Source: Octopus sinensis | Taxonomy: Eukaryota | Assembly: GCF_006345805.1 (NCBI RefSeq) | Contig: NC_043005.1 | Location: 80,972,001 to 81,036,000, forward strand | Reading direction: 5' to 3' | DNA length: 64,000 nucleotides | Program-made: the position numbers and the translations under genes | Shown here: positions 22,191 to 37,251 of the stretch, piece after piece | Position numbering within the stretch: the stretch's first letter is position 1 | Layout of the letters: every line of letters begins with the position of its first letter | Notes under the pieces: generated by a model | What the model was told of the DNA's origin: nothing | What the model saw: the letters and a program-made list of their open reading frames with translations, nothing else | Database searches by the model: none

Positions 22191-22559
22191 TGGAATATTT
22201 CAGATATTGTTTTTACATATTTTCAGTGGTCTGCATATAAATTAGATACTAGCGTATATATGGTCACTATGTTGGCATGAATACACCAGATTTTACAGAT
22301 TATTAATAATATTTAGCAACAAAAACACACGGATCAATGATTGCATCTTCTAATGTAAATTTATATTAAGAGTAGATAAATTGTATGATATAGCAGTTGT
22401 TCGTAGTTGTTATCTTCTCCAGTAATTTTAAATGAAATGTTCACATCTGTTGGGCAGCTGATTCAGACAAATGCTGTGTAGTTTTGTTTTCCCTTTCAAA
22501 TATTTGTGTCAGATCAGTTAAGCTTGAAGTTTTATGAGTGGTTTGAAAGGAACATCATA

Positions 22560-22830
<271 letters not shown>

Positions 22831-22929
22831 GTCTGTGGGCGTCTGTATGCTTGTATGAATGCATGTAATTTATCCGCCGACCGGTGAAAATATGTAAACC
22901 AATATCAGAAGTATTCTGTTCGTATTCCA

Positions 22930-23100
22930 TAAAGTCCAATGAGGAAACTTTGTTTATTATCAAGAAACCAATAGTCCTTGTTTTGAAAAGCATGAATAAA
23001 CTAAACATCAGAACCATGTTATATAAAAGTCAGAACAAACAGCTTCAACTGCGGATGATGTTGTATATATTGTTGTAGCTAAAATGCAATTCTATATTGA
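22930..23100 (+). pseudogene. Possible very old LINE reverse-transcriptase relic
   Basis: With frameshifts it reads IKVRTNS...(T)ADDVVYIV, resembling the YADD motif; there is no other strong support. Confidence 0.25.
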
Positions 23101-23314
23101 TATGATGCTATTTCGATGACATACTGGGGGTATTTATGGATTACGTACGTAACACCTTCGATTGGCTTTGAGACAATCGACGTTCCGATTTATTGCTTCT
23201 CTTTATTCAGTTAATATATTTTAACTATATCCTAATGGCGGATCGGAAAGGTTGGACCTAAAAGAATCTGAGGAGTCAGATGTCTAGCCATCATTTCAGT
23301 GTTTATATTCGATT

Positions 23315-23517
23315 AAGGGCGGAATGCTTAGCGGTATTTCGTCTGTCGTTACGTTCTGAGTTCAAATTCCGCAGAGGTCGACTTTGCCTTTCATCCTTTC
23401 GGGGTCGATAAATAAAAGTACCAGTTTCGCACTGGGGTAGATGTAATCGACTTAATCCGTTTGTCTGTCCTTGTTTGTCCTCTCTATGTTTAGCCCCTCA
23501 TGGGCAATAAAGAAATA
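23315..23517 (+). mobile_element. SINE family A copy (head partly deleted)
   Basis: gcttagcggtatttcgtctgtcgttacgttctgagttcaaattcc...ggcaataaagaaata. Confidence 0.92.
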
Positions 23518-23889
23518 TATATTCGATTGTTCATTGTTCCAAGATTGTAAGCGTCTATTGTAGTCTATTGTAGAAACAATGTAATACGTAGTTCAAAACC
23601 AGTATCATATCAAATATCCCACCCCGAACAAAAATTCCCGCCTCTTCGTAGCATAGTCTGAACTGAAAGTATAATTAAATGAGAAAGTTGAATTAACGAA
23701 TTACAGACGAATGGGACGAATCTTTAAAGCTGAAATATCATAATAGGCAATGATTCACTAGACATCGCAGCTAGAGGATGCGGCTTCAACATAAGATAAC
23801 AGAGGAGGTTTGGTGAATGGACGAGCATAGCCCGCGGAAAACACTAGGAATCTACTATCAGATATTTGAAGCTACTATTCCAAAGTTGG

Positions 23890-24190
23890 TGGAGGCACAT
23901 GGCCGAGTGATTAGAGCAGCGGACTCGCGGTCGAGGGATCGCGGATTCGAATCTCAGACCGGGCGATGTGTGTGTTTATGAGCGAAACACTTAAACTCCA
24001 CGCGGCTCCGCCAGAAGGTAATGGCGAACTTCTGACTTTTTCGCCACAAATTTCTATCACTCTTTCCTCCTGCATCCTGCGGCTCACTTGCGACGGACCG
24101 GCGTCCCGTCCAGGTGGGGAACCTATACGCCAAGGAAACCGGTAAACCGGACCTTATGAGCCAGACATGGCTCGAGAAGGAAATAAAATT
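23890..24190 (+). mobile_element. SINE family B variant (same tRNA head, different 3' body)
   Basis: ggaggcacatggccgagtg.ttagagcagcggactcgcggtcgagggatcgcgg.ttcgaatctcagaccgggcg, then ...cgtcccgtccaggtggggaacc...ggctcgagaagg. Confidence 0.9.
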
Positions 24191-24919
24191 CCAAAGCGGA
24201 AGAAGTTTGAAAATACCTGTCACGCAGAAATGAAGCGTTTGGTGACGTGAAATTGGGAAAACCAAAATAGGCCTCAGTATCTTTCATGATAATAGGCTAT
24301 CATCTCTACGGTTTCTCGTTGCTCTAATCACAGAACACGTAGAATTCAGAGATTTTCCTCTCAAGATTCTCATTTCTCTTTCACTTCCATTCCTACTCCC
24401 TTATTTGACTAGTCTCATTCATCCATTACTATCGGTTTCCGTATACAGATCACGTTCTTTAACCTTCTCCATCTGGTGACAGTAAGATCTCCTAGCATGG
24501 AGGATGGAAACTTCTGCAGTCTTTCCTTCAACTTAATTCTGTCATAAATGATTATAACATCACATAATATATATATTCAATACGCTGAAAAGAAACGGAC
24601 TTTAAATATATGTACAAAGATTTACATATAGAGAATGTGTAGTATATTAAAACCAAAGTAATGTCATTCATCAGAGTGCGATTAGGTATCATAAAAAAAT
24701 ACCTGTGAGAAAAAATGCCAATGAGAACTCTAACAACATTCTACATAAACTGCCTTTCCCCCCAAGAATTCAAGATTAATACAGATTACCACTGCACTCA
24801 AACATTGAATAGTTCTATCCTTTTAACAATAAAGTCAAGAGTACATGTATATCAATATGACATTCCATAAATATTCATGTTTCCCAATTCACTCACATTC
24901 ATACACTTGTCCTCTTACA

Positions 24920-25352
<433 letters not shown>

Positions 25353-25814
25353 GTTGACACTTAAGAAAGTATAATCGTATATTATATGCAAATGTATATC
25401 ATGAACACAGCAATGCCTTGATCTTTATAGCATGTATGTACCAAAACGTGTCTTTGTAAATTTTACATTACATATATGTAAAGATTGGGATTGCAAGCAA
25501 AAGTCAGTTTTTTTTTTGGGGGGGGGAATGCATTGTGATGATTAATGTTCAATGGAGTAGCGAGATCAAACGTTTGGGAAAATGTACTCACTCACCTGTT
25601 TTTACCTTAAGTTATATGGAATAATTCCACAAAGGATAGCACTGATTAACCGAAAGTGTAAGGGTGTTGACGACGATGATAATGATGATGACAATGACAG
25701 CAGCCCCTGCAACGCAATTGATAATGGTAGCAAGGGCAATAATAATAAAAATAACCAAAACAACAACAACAACAACAATAATAATTATTATTACTTCTTT
25801 AACAGAAACTAGTC

Positions 25815-26715
25815 TAGAAATTTTGGAGAAGTTGGCTAGTAGATTTGATCGATCCCTAAACTTGACTGCGAGTTAATTTACCGAACCCCAAATGGATTAA
25901 AATCAAAGTCCACGTTGGAGGAATTTGAACTCAGAACGTCAACCTGGAAGAAGTGTCAAGCTACTTGTCCGGCGTGCAAACCATTTTGCCATCTCACTGG
26001 CTTAATAACCATGTTAACGATAATATCAACAATAAATCAATAATATGCCTTTATAATATAGACAAAGGTCCTGAAATTTTAGAGAAGGGCATAAGCTCAC
26101 TACTGTGACCCCAGTAGTTAACTAGTATTTATTTTATCGACCATGAAAGGATGAAAGGCAAATTAGATCGCAAAAGGAATTTGAACTTCCAGCACTTTTA
26201 CTAGCTCGCTGCATTAATTGTTTGTTCCTTCTCGAGCCACGCCTGGCTAATAAGGGTCGGTTTCCCGGTTTTCTTGACGTATAAGTTCCCCGCCTGGACG
26301 GGACGCCGGACCTTCGCAGGAGGAAAGAGTGAGAGAAAGTTGTAGCGAAAGAGTCAACAGAAGTTCGCCACTACCTTGTGCTGGAGCCGCGTGGAGCTTA
26401 GATGTTTCGCTCATAAACACACACATCGCCCGGTCTGAGATTCGAACCCGCGATCACTCGACCGCGAGTCCGTTGCTTTAACCACTAGACCATGTGCCTC
26501 CACCGCATTCATAATAACATATAATTGTTTCAAATTGCACAAGGCCAACAATTTTAGAGGAAGTTGTAAGTGCTCACCTGACACTTATCTAATCGACTCC
26601 GAAATTATGAAAAGTCGAATTCGGCGGAATTTGAACATAGAAAGTTAAGACGAGCGAAAATATACTATTAAGCATTCTATGCGGCATGCTGACGATTCGG
26701 CCAGCTCGTCGCCTT
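25815..26715 (-). mobile_element. Cluster of decayed family A SINEs (25815-26000, 26050-26215, 26530-26715) with a family B variant (26220-26505)
   Basis: Family A body/head motifs; 26220-26505 is the reverse complement of the variant at 23890. Confidence 0.85.
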
Positions 26716-26754
26716 AACAATACAATATAGTGATAACAATAATTTCGGCATAAT

Positions 26755-27152
26755 CTTTTCTACTCTGGGCACAAGGGCCGAAATTTGGGGGTGGGGTGGC
26801 AGTCGATTAGATCGACCGCAGTACGCATCTGGTACTTAATTTATCGACCATGAAAGGATTAAAGGCAAAGTCAAACTCAGTGGAATTGGAACTCAGAACG
26901 TAAAAACAGACAAAATACCTATTTCTTTACTACCCACAAGAGGCTAAACACGGAGGGAACAAGCAAGGACAGACAAACGGATTAATTTGACTACATCGAC
27001 CCCAGTGCGTAACTGGTCCTTAATTTATCGACCCCGAAAGGATGAAAGGCAAAGTCGACCTCGGCGGAATTTGAACTCAGAATGTAACGGCAGACGAAAT
27101 ACGGCTACGCATTTCGCCAGGCGTGCTAACGATTCTGCCAGCTCGCTGCCTT
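26755..27152 (-). mobile_element. SINE family A dimer with a 17-bp TSD
   Basis: Flanked by aataatttcggcataat (26738-26754) and aatgatttcggcataat (27153-27169); internal junction gaaatacctatttctttactacccac. Confidence 0.92.
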
Positions 27153-28632
27153 AATGATTTCGGCATAATACCAAAAATGTTGCGGAAGCGGGAATAGTTT
27201 CCAAGCAACCGCAGTAGCTGTTTGATACTTTATTTATCTGCTACAGTCTGGTAAAAAAAAATGCTATATTTACTGACCCAGGCTACTAATGCAGGCATTT
27301 CAATTTTGTCATTGGAATAAGGCCAGGCGTTTGTAACAAACCTTTAAAATCAATTTAAAATCGACCTTAGTGATTTGCATAGAAAATTTCTCTTCGAACT
27401 CCAAAGGATAAAATTTATTATCAGTCCATGTTTGAGATGTGTTGTTGCTGTCTTCAATCTGTGTAAAATAAAGGGACGCAATCAAATATTACACCGACAT
27501 TTATTTGTTTATTATGACGTTGGTTTCACTTTAGTAAAATTTTACTAAAAATAGAGAACAGGATGAAGAGACATAAAAAATAATCAGATTGATGAGATTG
27601 AAGTGGAATAACAACAGTAATGAGAAAACTGTGAATTTAATTGCTCCGAATAATGAGAGACAATCCTACTTCACAGCTTTGAGAAATATCCATTACTATC
27701 CATGAAATAATAACGAACGAACCACGAACAATCTGCTGATGGATATGTGTGTACGCAATGCATTAAACGATATTATCAATGTTGTTTTTGTTTTTTTGTT
27801 TTAGTTTTCTGTGTGGGGGTGGTTGTCTAATGTGTAAGTTTCGTACTGATGATTTTTTTCAGTTATTTTATGTATAACCTCACTAGCATACAACAAATCA
27901 AATAAACACCATACAATTTTAGCTCGAAACAAAACAAAAAACGAAGCCAAATGAAATAAACCAAATGTTTCTCTCTCTGACTAAAAAATGCATGCGTTGA
28001 GTTTTATACATTAAACAGCATAAACAAAAACGGAACTTTCGAAATTTTGCATTGTTAGGAAATGATAAACTCGTACCAGTAGAATAGATGAGAATCTAAA
28101 TAAAGTACAATGTTTCTGGAATCTTGCTAATATAACAGAAAACAAACAAAACAGCGGAAGGAGATAAATATGTTTTCCATATTATTCGCATATTTAACAA
28201 GTACACAGTGCGTCAAAAACAAGACTCATTATAAATATGTAATAGCTGAAGGGAAAAAAAATCTAGTTACTGTCTAGATGTAACTCTGGATACAAACAGT
28301 AAATCTAATTTAGGAAGATACAATATTAAAACGAAAGTATGTGGCACCTAGAAATAGAGCACTTGCGAATATAATACATACTGGATAATACTAACAATAA
28401 ATAAAACCTAAACACTAAAATTATGAACAACGGTAATGTGAAAATTGTAAAAGTCAAAACACACACACATACACACATGCACACATACACACAGACACAC
28501 AGACACACAGACACGTGCATGCACACCCACATGCACACATACATGCACGCACATACCCACACACACATGCATATATCACTTCGACAAAATTGGCGCCAGA
28601 TAACAAAGAGGTAAAAAAAAGTAAATACATAC

Positions 28633-28702
28633 ATATAATGTCCGAAAATATTACTAAAATTAATGGATTCCATCTCAACTGCAAAATACTTGCGAAGAAA
28701 AA
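28633..28702 (-). other. Candidate 70-nt internal exon (unassigned)
   Basis: The minus strand shows a polypyrimidine acceptor ttttctgtttcag| and a donor |gtatgt. One frame reads FLRKYFAVEMESINFSNIFGHY; no protein was recognised. Confidence 0.2.
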
Positions 28703-28844
28703 CTGAAACAGAAAAATGTTTGAAAAAGAAATACGAAGAGAAATTTGGGAATGTGCTTGAAGTATGCATGACTTCGAATAGCATTCCATACAACAGCGCC
28801 TGTCTGTATTAATAAATTTTATGTCATTATTTCACATGAGTTTA

Positions 28845-29240
28845 AGGCAGCAAGCTAGCAGAAACGTTCGCATACTGCTGAGCAGTATTTTCCCTGTCGC
28901 TACATTTTGACTTCAGTTTTCGTTGAGGTCGCCTTGCTTTTCATCCTTTCGGGGTCGATGAATTAAGTATCAGTGAAACACTGGGGTCTTGCGCCTTTAG
29001 TAGAAAGGAATATTTTACTTGAGTTATAGGCGAGAGCTGGCAAAATCGTAAGCACGCTGAGTGAAATGCTTCGCGGCATTTCGTCCGTCTTTACGTTTTG
29101 AGTTCAAATTCTGTGGAGGTGAGTATGCCTTTCATCATTTCGGGGTCGATAAATTGAGTACCAGTGAAACACTGGGGTTGATGCCACCGACTAATTCCCT
29201 ACCACAACATTTCAGGCCTTATGTCATTAGCAGAAAGGAT
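28845..29240 (+). mobile_element. Two decayed family A SINEs (28845-29010, 29025-29240)
   Basis: ggcagcaagctagcagaaacgtt... and ggcgagagctggcaaaatcgta...gttcaaattc...ggggtcgataaattgagtaccagt. Confidence 0.85.
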
Positions 29241-29549
29241 TATTTTTCGCTTCGGTGACAAATCTCTGCACACAAATTCGATCACTTCTCTTACGCTAAT
29301 TGTATATATATATATATTTACTCAAGGAATAGTTTCCGTAAAATATACTTTGTTGACACGGTTTAATAGTATCGAAGTGTACTCGTAGAGCTCACCTTGC
29401 CTGCTAACTGACAGAATCAAGAATTTAAAATGAGTTTCTGAATTTGTGTTGCAAGATTTGGGAAAAAGAAAAAAAAATGATAATTCCGAAATTCAAAAAT
29501 GAATTTTAAATAATTCTATTCTAAAATTAGTAATTAAATCCTTATGAAC

Positions 29550-29713
29550 AGGTGTGGCTGAGTGGTAACAAGCTTGCTTCCAAACCGCATGTTTCTGAGT
29601 TCAGTCTCACTGCGTGGCGCTTTCGGCACGTGACTACTTCTAAAGCCTCGAGTGGACCAAATCCTTGTGGGTGGATTTGATAACTGAAAGAAGCCTGTCG
29701 TATCTTTATATAT

Positions 29714-29769
<56 letters not shown>

Positions 29770-29985
29770 TATGTTTGCCCCCGGCCCAACCACCGTTTGA
29801 CAACCGATGCTGGTGTGTTTACGTCATGTTAACTTAGCAGTTTGGTAAAATAGACCAATAGAAGTACAAGACTAACAAATTATAAGTTCTGATGATGATT
29901 TCTTCGACAAGATATATTTTAAGGCGGTGCTCCAGCATGGCCGCAGTCAAACGACTGAAACAAGTAAAAGAATAAAAGAAAGTTT
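29550..29985 (+). mobile_element. SINE family C copy
   Basis: aggtgtggctgagtggtaa.aagcttgcttcc.aacc.catg...cactgcgtggc...aactgaaagaagcc...ggcggtgctccagcatggccgcagtcaaa.gactgaaacaagtaaaaga. Confidence 0.92.
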
Positions 29986-30386
29986 CAGTGAAAATCTCAA
30001 ATAATTGTAGACACGTCTTTCCTACCTTTCAACTATTACAAAGCAAATTTGAATTCAGTAAGAATATATGTTCACACGTCATGCACAAGAATGGTTTTAT
30101 AATTTGTTTTAATTTCTGAGATATAATTCAATTACAATTGTCTTAATAGCAAGAAAGAATAGTTTGTATATCATAGAAGTGGAATTGTATGTTTGTGTGT
30201 GTGTATGTGTGTGTGTGTGTGTGTGACGTGTGTGTGTGTGTCTGTGTGTGTGGTGTGTGTGTGCGTGTTCTAATATCTGTCGTTGAGATTCAACGACAAT
30301 TGTTTCAATAACTCTAGAGAGCTGGGAGATGGAATCATACAAGGGGCTGAGCATACTAGCAAAAATCAAGAGTCTAGAAACATGGA

Positions 30387-30680
30387 CACTGTAGGAAACA
30401 CGATTATTCTAGGAGTCATTACTGATCCTCATAAGACCCAAGTTGACAGCTGTCGCATAAATGGATGTGCTCTGTGCGGAGGTGCACGCGTTTGTACGAA
30501 TATGTATGTGTATGCATATATATGGATATAGAAACTCGTACTTTTGAATGTATATGGATATGTTATATAATATATAAATTTCTTTCCCGAATGCTTCATT
30601 GAATTTCATGCTAAAGCAAATGACCTGTTCCCAGACAATAAACAAGCTCCGTCACTGGAGTTTATCGAATAACAACAGCT
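30387..30680. repeat. Approximately 300-bp dispersed direct repeat, copy 2
   Basis: Same orientation as 21897-22190, 8.5 kb away; the flanks are unrelated. Confidence 0.93.
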
Positions 30681-30699
30681 TTGATGAATATTGGCTTCG

Positions 30700-31250
30700 A
30701 ATATTGACTCAAGTTGGAGGGAGGTGGAAAGTAGAGTATAAGAGCTCAAAATATTTGTTATCGATTGCGGACGATATGCCGCTAAGCATTTCACACAAGG
30801 TGGAAACAATTCTGCTAACGCGCTAAGATTTTTTCTCTCAAATTTTGGCACAAGGCCAGTAATTTGGGCAGAGTGTATACGCGGATTGGCTTGATTCTGG
30901 TGCTTAAGTGGTAATCACTTTATCGACCGCAAGCAAATTGATAGCAAAGTCAAACTTGATGGACTTTGAGTACAGAACGTAAGGACACACAAAATAACGC
31001 CAAGTATTTTATTGCCGTGCTAACGATTCTGCCAGCTAGTGGATTATAGTGGATTGGTTTCAAATTTCGGCACAAGGCCAGCAAGTTCGTTGCAGTGGGT
31101 AAGTCGATTATATTGACCCCAGTGCTCAAATGGTGCTTGTTTTATCGACCCCGAAAGGATGAAAGCAAATTTGAACTCAGAACCTAAAAACGGAAGAAAT
31201 ACAGCTAATCTTTTCACCCAGCTTGCCAAAGTTGCTGCCAATTCGCTGAC
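30700..31250 (-). mobile_element. Three decayed family A SINE copies
   Basis: Repeated gctaagcattt / taacgattctgccagct / tttatcgaccccgaaaggatgaaag / gaactcagaac motifs. Confidence 0.8.
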
Positions 31251-33094
31251 TTATAGGGGATTAAGATTTGACGGAATCAGATGAATTAGACAAGAAAATG
31301 ATAAAGGATGAAGATAAAATAATGTTTCGGCAACTGAAGTTGAATTCCAGTCTCTGTATCCTGGCTTTCATGTCATTTCCCTTATGGTGAATTGTGCTGG
31401 CTTAATTCTTCATTCTTTTCTAAATCAAGTTCATATAATTATTATGAATGCTTGTGACAATCTGACAAGCAGAAAAATACGCCTATTTTTCAGAGATCAG
31501 AATTTAATCTATTAGGTTATGGTTAGTGGTTAGAGGTTATTCGTTTTATTTTGTCGATATATAATACGGAAATATATTTGAAATATATCAACATTGATTT
31601 CTTACTTATTGGTAATCAAGGCTGTATATGACTATTTAATTCCACTTATATTTCTTTAATCGCTCCTCGGTTTGGAGGCTTCTATTTCTAATGCAATCAT
31701 ATCTGTTCTGTGACATCAACTCATTAATTTTGACATTTTCTATACAAATGTTATCCAGCAATCACCTTTCACAAACTACCTTCAATTATGTTAAACATTA
31801 TTCATTTATTGTCCGAGTGCGCATAAAAACATCTCTTTTGATAGTATTTTTGAAGTATAAGGATAAATGTTATTTTGAAATTATTAAACGATCAAACTTG
31901 CACATATGTTTCGATAGCAAACACATTAACACTATAGCTTCAGGTATTCTTTGAAACACGATCGTAGTTAGATAATTGTCATCTCTATCTGGCAAAATCA
32001 ATCTTAGAATATCATTTTGCCTATTTAATAACAAATGTTTCCCAAAGGCTGAAATAACATCCAAAGATGGTGCCCAGCAGTACTACATGTATATGTTGAA
32101 GAACTTTTCAAATCCATTTATACTCATTCTTTCATATCGATATATAGAATAACTTCTAACACCAAAACTTAATATATCTGTATGCTTTAATGTATGTGTT
32201 TGTGTGTATATTTGTGTGTGGCGCGCGTGTGCATGTGTGAGCGATAGTTAACAATCCTACAAATTGAAGTTTTGATGAGACAGCAACCATGTATAGCAAA
32301 AAAACGAAAGCTCTTAATGTAATTCTTGAGATCATTTAACATCTTTTAGAAATAAATTTTCACGTGTATGTAAATAAATATATCCATTAGAAATAATGGT
32401 TCCATATTACGGGATAGTGAAACAGCGACAGTTGATAAATCTTAACTTACATTTCAAAATAGGCAGGAATTAGTAATTACGGATTTTAAGTCAGTAAAGA
32501 AATGTCTATAAAATTCTACAAATAATAGCAATGAAATTTGAACAAATCACACTCTACAGATTAAAAAAACAAGATGCCACAAATGAATATACTAAAGCAT
32601 GACTCATTCGATGAACAAAGTTCAGTTTCGCTTTTCCTTGCAGAAACCAGAACAGGCAGAAATTCCAATTAATCGTTTATCTCTGTGTATTTTGTTGATT
32701 CGTCCTTCACAATTAAGGTATTAGCGACTGAGTGAATTAGAAACTCAGCTAGACATTTCGCTTTTGGAAATTGCACATATGTAATACGATTATATCTACA
32801 ACCTGCACATGTGTGTCTTAACATCCATCTAAAATCTTGCAGCCATGAACATTATTCATATTTCTGAAAAATATATTGCGATATTTCTTCTAGCTGTTCT
32901 TTTTTCTTTTTCTTTTTTTTTTTGGCTCTGATTTCAAACTCGGCTCCAGTTAAATTTTTCCCCATCGAATTTTGTCAAAGGGAGTACCGTTCATGTAGCA
33001 GTTTCGAGGCGATCGTTTTTACCACTCTCCAAAATTGGAAAATGGTTTTGCTTGTGTCTGTCAAATGATGAATGAATGGGAAAATTTCAATAAC

Positions 33095-33278
33095 GGTCTC
33101 AAATTTTGGCATAAGGCCAGAAATTCCAAAGAAGAGGGTAAGTTGATTACATCGACTCCACTGTTGAACTGGAACTTCATCGACCTCGAAACAAGGAGAG
33201 GCAAAGTTGATATTGATAGAATTTGAAATTCCCTAAGCGTTTTTCCGAGTGCTAAAGATTCCGCAGCTCGCCGCTTTG
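33095..33278 (-). mobile_element. Decayed family A SINE
   Basis: aaattttggcataaggcc...gattacatcgactcc...catcgacctcgaa...ggcaaagttga...cagctcgccgc. Confidence 0.8.
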
Positions 33279-35438
33279 GACAAATAGGATAAAGCAATTA
33301 ATTTTCATTACATTTTTTTGCTTTATCACAATCTTCTTTTGAATGGGAATCACAAAGACACACTTTATTTTCAATAAATATTCATAGTTTGTTTTCCGTG
33401 AATATTATTAGCCCAGTTATATCAAGTGACTATATAATTCCAAGTCCATTTCTTATAGCTTACGAAGGGGATTTAGGATTATGAATAGAAAGGCAAAGTG
33501 TAAAACATGGAATGGCCATGACTAGAAAGCCTTAGACGAGATGCTGCCATAGATGTCAGGGAATAAAAATAACATCAGATTTCATGACGAATCAAATCCT
33601 CATTGTTTGTTTGTACCGTGTTGCACTTTCCTTTCACTGAACAAAATTTGTCTATTGGAAATTTTCTGAACACTAATATTAGAAAATCTACAATTACTTA
33701 TGATTTTTGTAATATTTCATTGAATTATCATATTGTATTAATACATTTCTTTTAATTTTTTTGTTATTTTTAGAAATTTGGAAAGATGAATGTGATTATA
33801 TATTTTACATTGTTTAGTTAGGCACCATCTTTCGGATAATTATATATGTTAACAATGGTTTCCCGAATGCTTCAGTAGTTTTCCATCTCGCATCAATATT
33901 ACATTTTATTATCTCTTGTATTTTTTATTTATCTCTTGTACAATCTTCATGACATTCTGCTTCAATTCTTATCTCGGTTTTCTATCAAATATTTTGGCTC
34001 TATTTTTAGCAATTTATAATGGGACACTTCATACTATCAGCCCAAATAACAAAAACACAAATTTCATTTTTAGCTTAAAGAAGACAAATATAGATTACGG
34101 ATAACAAAATACAAAATTATGGGAGGTATAGATCTTTCGAGCCCATCAAGCAGCACCAAAAAACCTCGATAAATTTGATCATCTAGGGGATGATTCACGT
34201 CCTTATTTTCTTTCCCGGTCGAGAAGTTCATGTTCTGAGTGGGGCAATTTGCACATATTTTATTCACTAATATTATTATTAAGTTTGAAAACTAAGACAT
34301 CCAATGGATACAAATTAATTTATTAATTAATTAGCATGTTCACCTAAATTTATTTAATTTCGCATACAATTTAAACTACAAAACCTATATAAATATATAA
34401 TCTTGCATTTCAGAACACCTTGGGTGGAAATTCTATTTCTCTAGCCACACTATACCAGAAGGGAAACTCGAATGAAACTCAGCAACTAAATTTATATAGC
34501 TAAATACCGTTACATCCTTGAGATGAGTCCCAAAATGCTAATACAAAATACCCGAATGAAAAAATGTTTGCTGATACCTGAAATTATTATAAATGTGCTG
34601 AATGAAAAAGGTATATTTGCTAATCTGTGCAATTATACGGAATATTTATGTAAAACAAAAGTGGACGAAGGACAGAGATGCAAATCTGTAGATATAGAAT
34701 GCCGGAAATGAAGATACAAATTTTGCCTGTGGTTTCAATGATGTAGATTCAGGTCTATACATAAGCAAAACACTAAAAAATACACCCATACACATAACGT
34801 ACGCAAATAACACTACTTAGCACCGTTGAGTAAAATTACCAAATCAAAACAATGTAGATGCGAAATGGTGTGCAGTGAAAAAACATGAGTGTACTGAAAT
34901 TTAAAAGAAAAACATGATGAGGATAATGGTGCCGACGACAGCTACTACGAAAGCGATGATGATGATGAATATGGTGATGATGATGATGATTATGATGATG
35001 ATATAAGATGCAAAAATAAAAATAATAAAGAAAGAAATGAAAAACGTATATATGACTACTTGTACGTTTGGAACCAGGTGGAAATAAGTTAAGAACAAAA
35101 TTATTAAAATAAGAATTAGAGAAGTTATGAAAACAAAGCAAAACAATAACGAGGAAAAATACAAACAAGCAAAATCGTTAACTACAACAGACAGATGGAT
35201 GCATCATTACCGAAACCACCACATGTAAAACATAGTACAAGAGAAGCAACACAACCGTGATTGTTACATACAGAACAGATGTTATCAATCAACGAAACAG
35301 GGAAGATACTATCGAAACAACTAATAAAATACTCAACTACAGACAAGATGGTACAGTGTATCGACGTTAGAAAGCGATGTAACAAACCAGAACAAAAAAT
35401 GTCAGGAAAATGTATCCCTCATCAGAGCTCCACCGCCA

Positions 35439-35481
<43 letters not shown>

Positions 35482-35595
35482 CAGTAAATATGAAGCACCG
35501 GCAGCTGTATACCCGCAATTTCACATGAAGATACCTACGAAAACATCATGCAGGGCAACCAAAGTTATTAATCGGGAGGCCGTCACAGGTAGTAC

Positions 35596-35643
35596 GTGAT
35601 GATGATGATGATGATGATGATAATAATAATAATGATGATGATG

Positions 35644-35677
<34 letters not shown>

Positions 35678-35713
35678 TAATAATGATAATAACAACAACA
35701 ACAACAACAACAA

Positions 35714-35745
<32 letters not shown>

Positions 35746-35895
35746 ACAACAACAACCCTGTGTGTTATAGAAACAAGGCCTGAAAATTGGGGGAGGGGTG
35801 TAGTCAATTACATCGACCATGAAACGTTGAAAGGCAAAGTCGACCGCGGCGGAATTTGAACTAAGGACGTAAAATCGTATGAAATGCAGCCAAAC
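35596..35895. repeat. (GAT)(AAT)(AAC)(AGC) trinucleotide array (35596-35756) abutting a family A SINE 3' part (35758-35895, minus)
   Basis: Directly visible repeats; ...aaaggcaaagtcgacc.cggcggaatttgaact. Confidence 0.88.
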
Positions 35896-37251
35896 TCGAT
35901 GAACGTCGAAGTCATTAAAGGTGTTTTGGGTGAACCTAAAGATATTCTTATGATACACATGAAGCTGTATAAGAACAAAAGAACACTTTAATATAAGGCA
36001 TTGCAATAATCCAATAGAATAACCAGAACGACCGTACGTGTTAGTATAAAAGAAAAGTCTATGTTTGATAATTATGCTGTCTAATCTGTCGGGAACCTGG
36101 AATCAAATGGATTGGAAATATGCTTTAAATATTATCGATGCACCGAAAGGGAAATTTAGCTATCGAAAATGAACATTAGTGCACAAAGGCTAATTTATGT
36201 AAACTTACATTGACTTTTGTGGAAATAAAAGAGACATTTTGAATTGTTGGAAGTGTGTTATGAAGCATCTTGAAATAATGTAAACTTTTCAAGCTGTCTA
36301 TGCTGTGTATGACACTTTCATTGCACGTCTTTTCGTGTTTTGTCACTTGTGCTCAATCAGCAATTTGACACAAATTTTACATTCAGGGCTCTGATTATGA
36401 TAGCACGATGATGATGTGGACCTACATATTGAGAGTTGGAAAAGGTCCACATGTCGTGTTGTCAAAATGTCTACTATCGCCCACGTGACGGTGCTAAGGA
36501 AATGTGAGTCAGGCACCTTGCGTTGTTGTTAAGCAACAAGATGGGTAAGGGTGATTAGGTGATGGTCTAGGGCTAAGGGGCGGGAGACCCCAGGCCTTGC
36601 AAAAAGAAACTTTGGTCGTCTTGTAGTCAAGGGCCCTTCGTTGACGTCCGACACCACTGGGAGGTGGCCCTCGAAGTCGCTGGAAATGGAGATCTCCAGG
36701 TCCAAATTCTTGAACGGCTGTTGTTGCTTCTGGTTCTGTTCGTCTCCCTCAATGTCCCAGACGATTTCCTCATTTCTCAAATACCTTTAATTTGAAACCG
36801 TGTGACCCTTTGTAATTCAGTTGTACCAACAGTTCCATTTATATTTATCAAGACCTGCCGATTCAGATCAATGATCTTCGTGGGTTCACAAAACATCCTT
36901 TGAGATGCTGCCCGAGAATACATCATTCCTCCCATTCATTATAAGCCCATAATCAGTGACAAAGGTGAGGGAATACTGAGAATTAACAGTGTATATCAAT
37001 GTCAAGCCTCTGAATCTGACCATCACGTTCAATCCATCTAAACTGCAGTACCACGAGTGTAAATGAGACCACGTGTGTAAGCTTTCAAATTAGTAAGCCT
37101 ATTGGCGATCTTCAGTGTTTTGAAAACATATCTCTTTAAACTTAAGACAAGATAAAGTCAAAGTATTTGCCGTATGCTGAATGAAATATTCTATTCATCT
37201 GGTGGTGAACAAAAGTTTGGCTTGTCGAGTAATTTTTCCATAGTATGTTTT

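Noticed and set aside
21897-22200. CACTG...CAGTG termini suggesting a Transib/CACTA-type MITE for the 300-bp repeat
   Set aside because: The right terminus is absent in copy 2, and there is no TSD in either copy.
35401-35442. Minus-strand CUGAUGAG-GGA...UCC-UGAC hammerhead-like start next to a (TA)n
   Set aside because: GAAA, stem III and the stem I partner are absent; at best a truncated relic.
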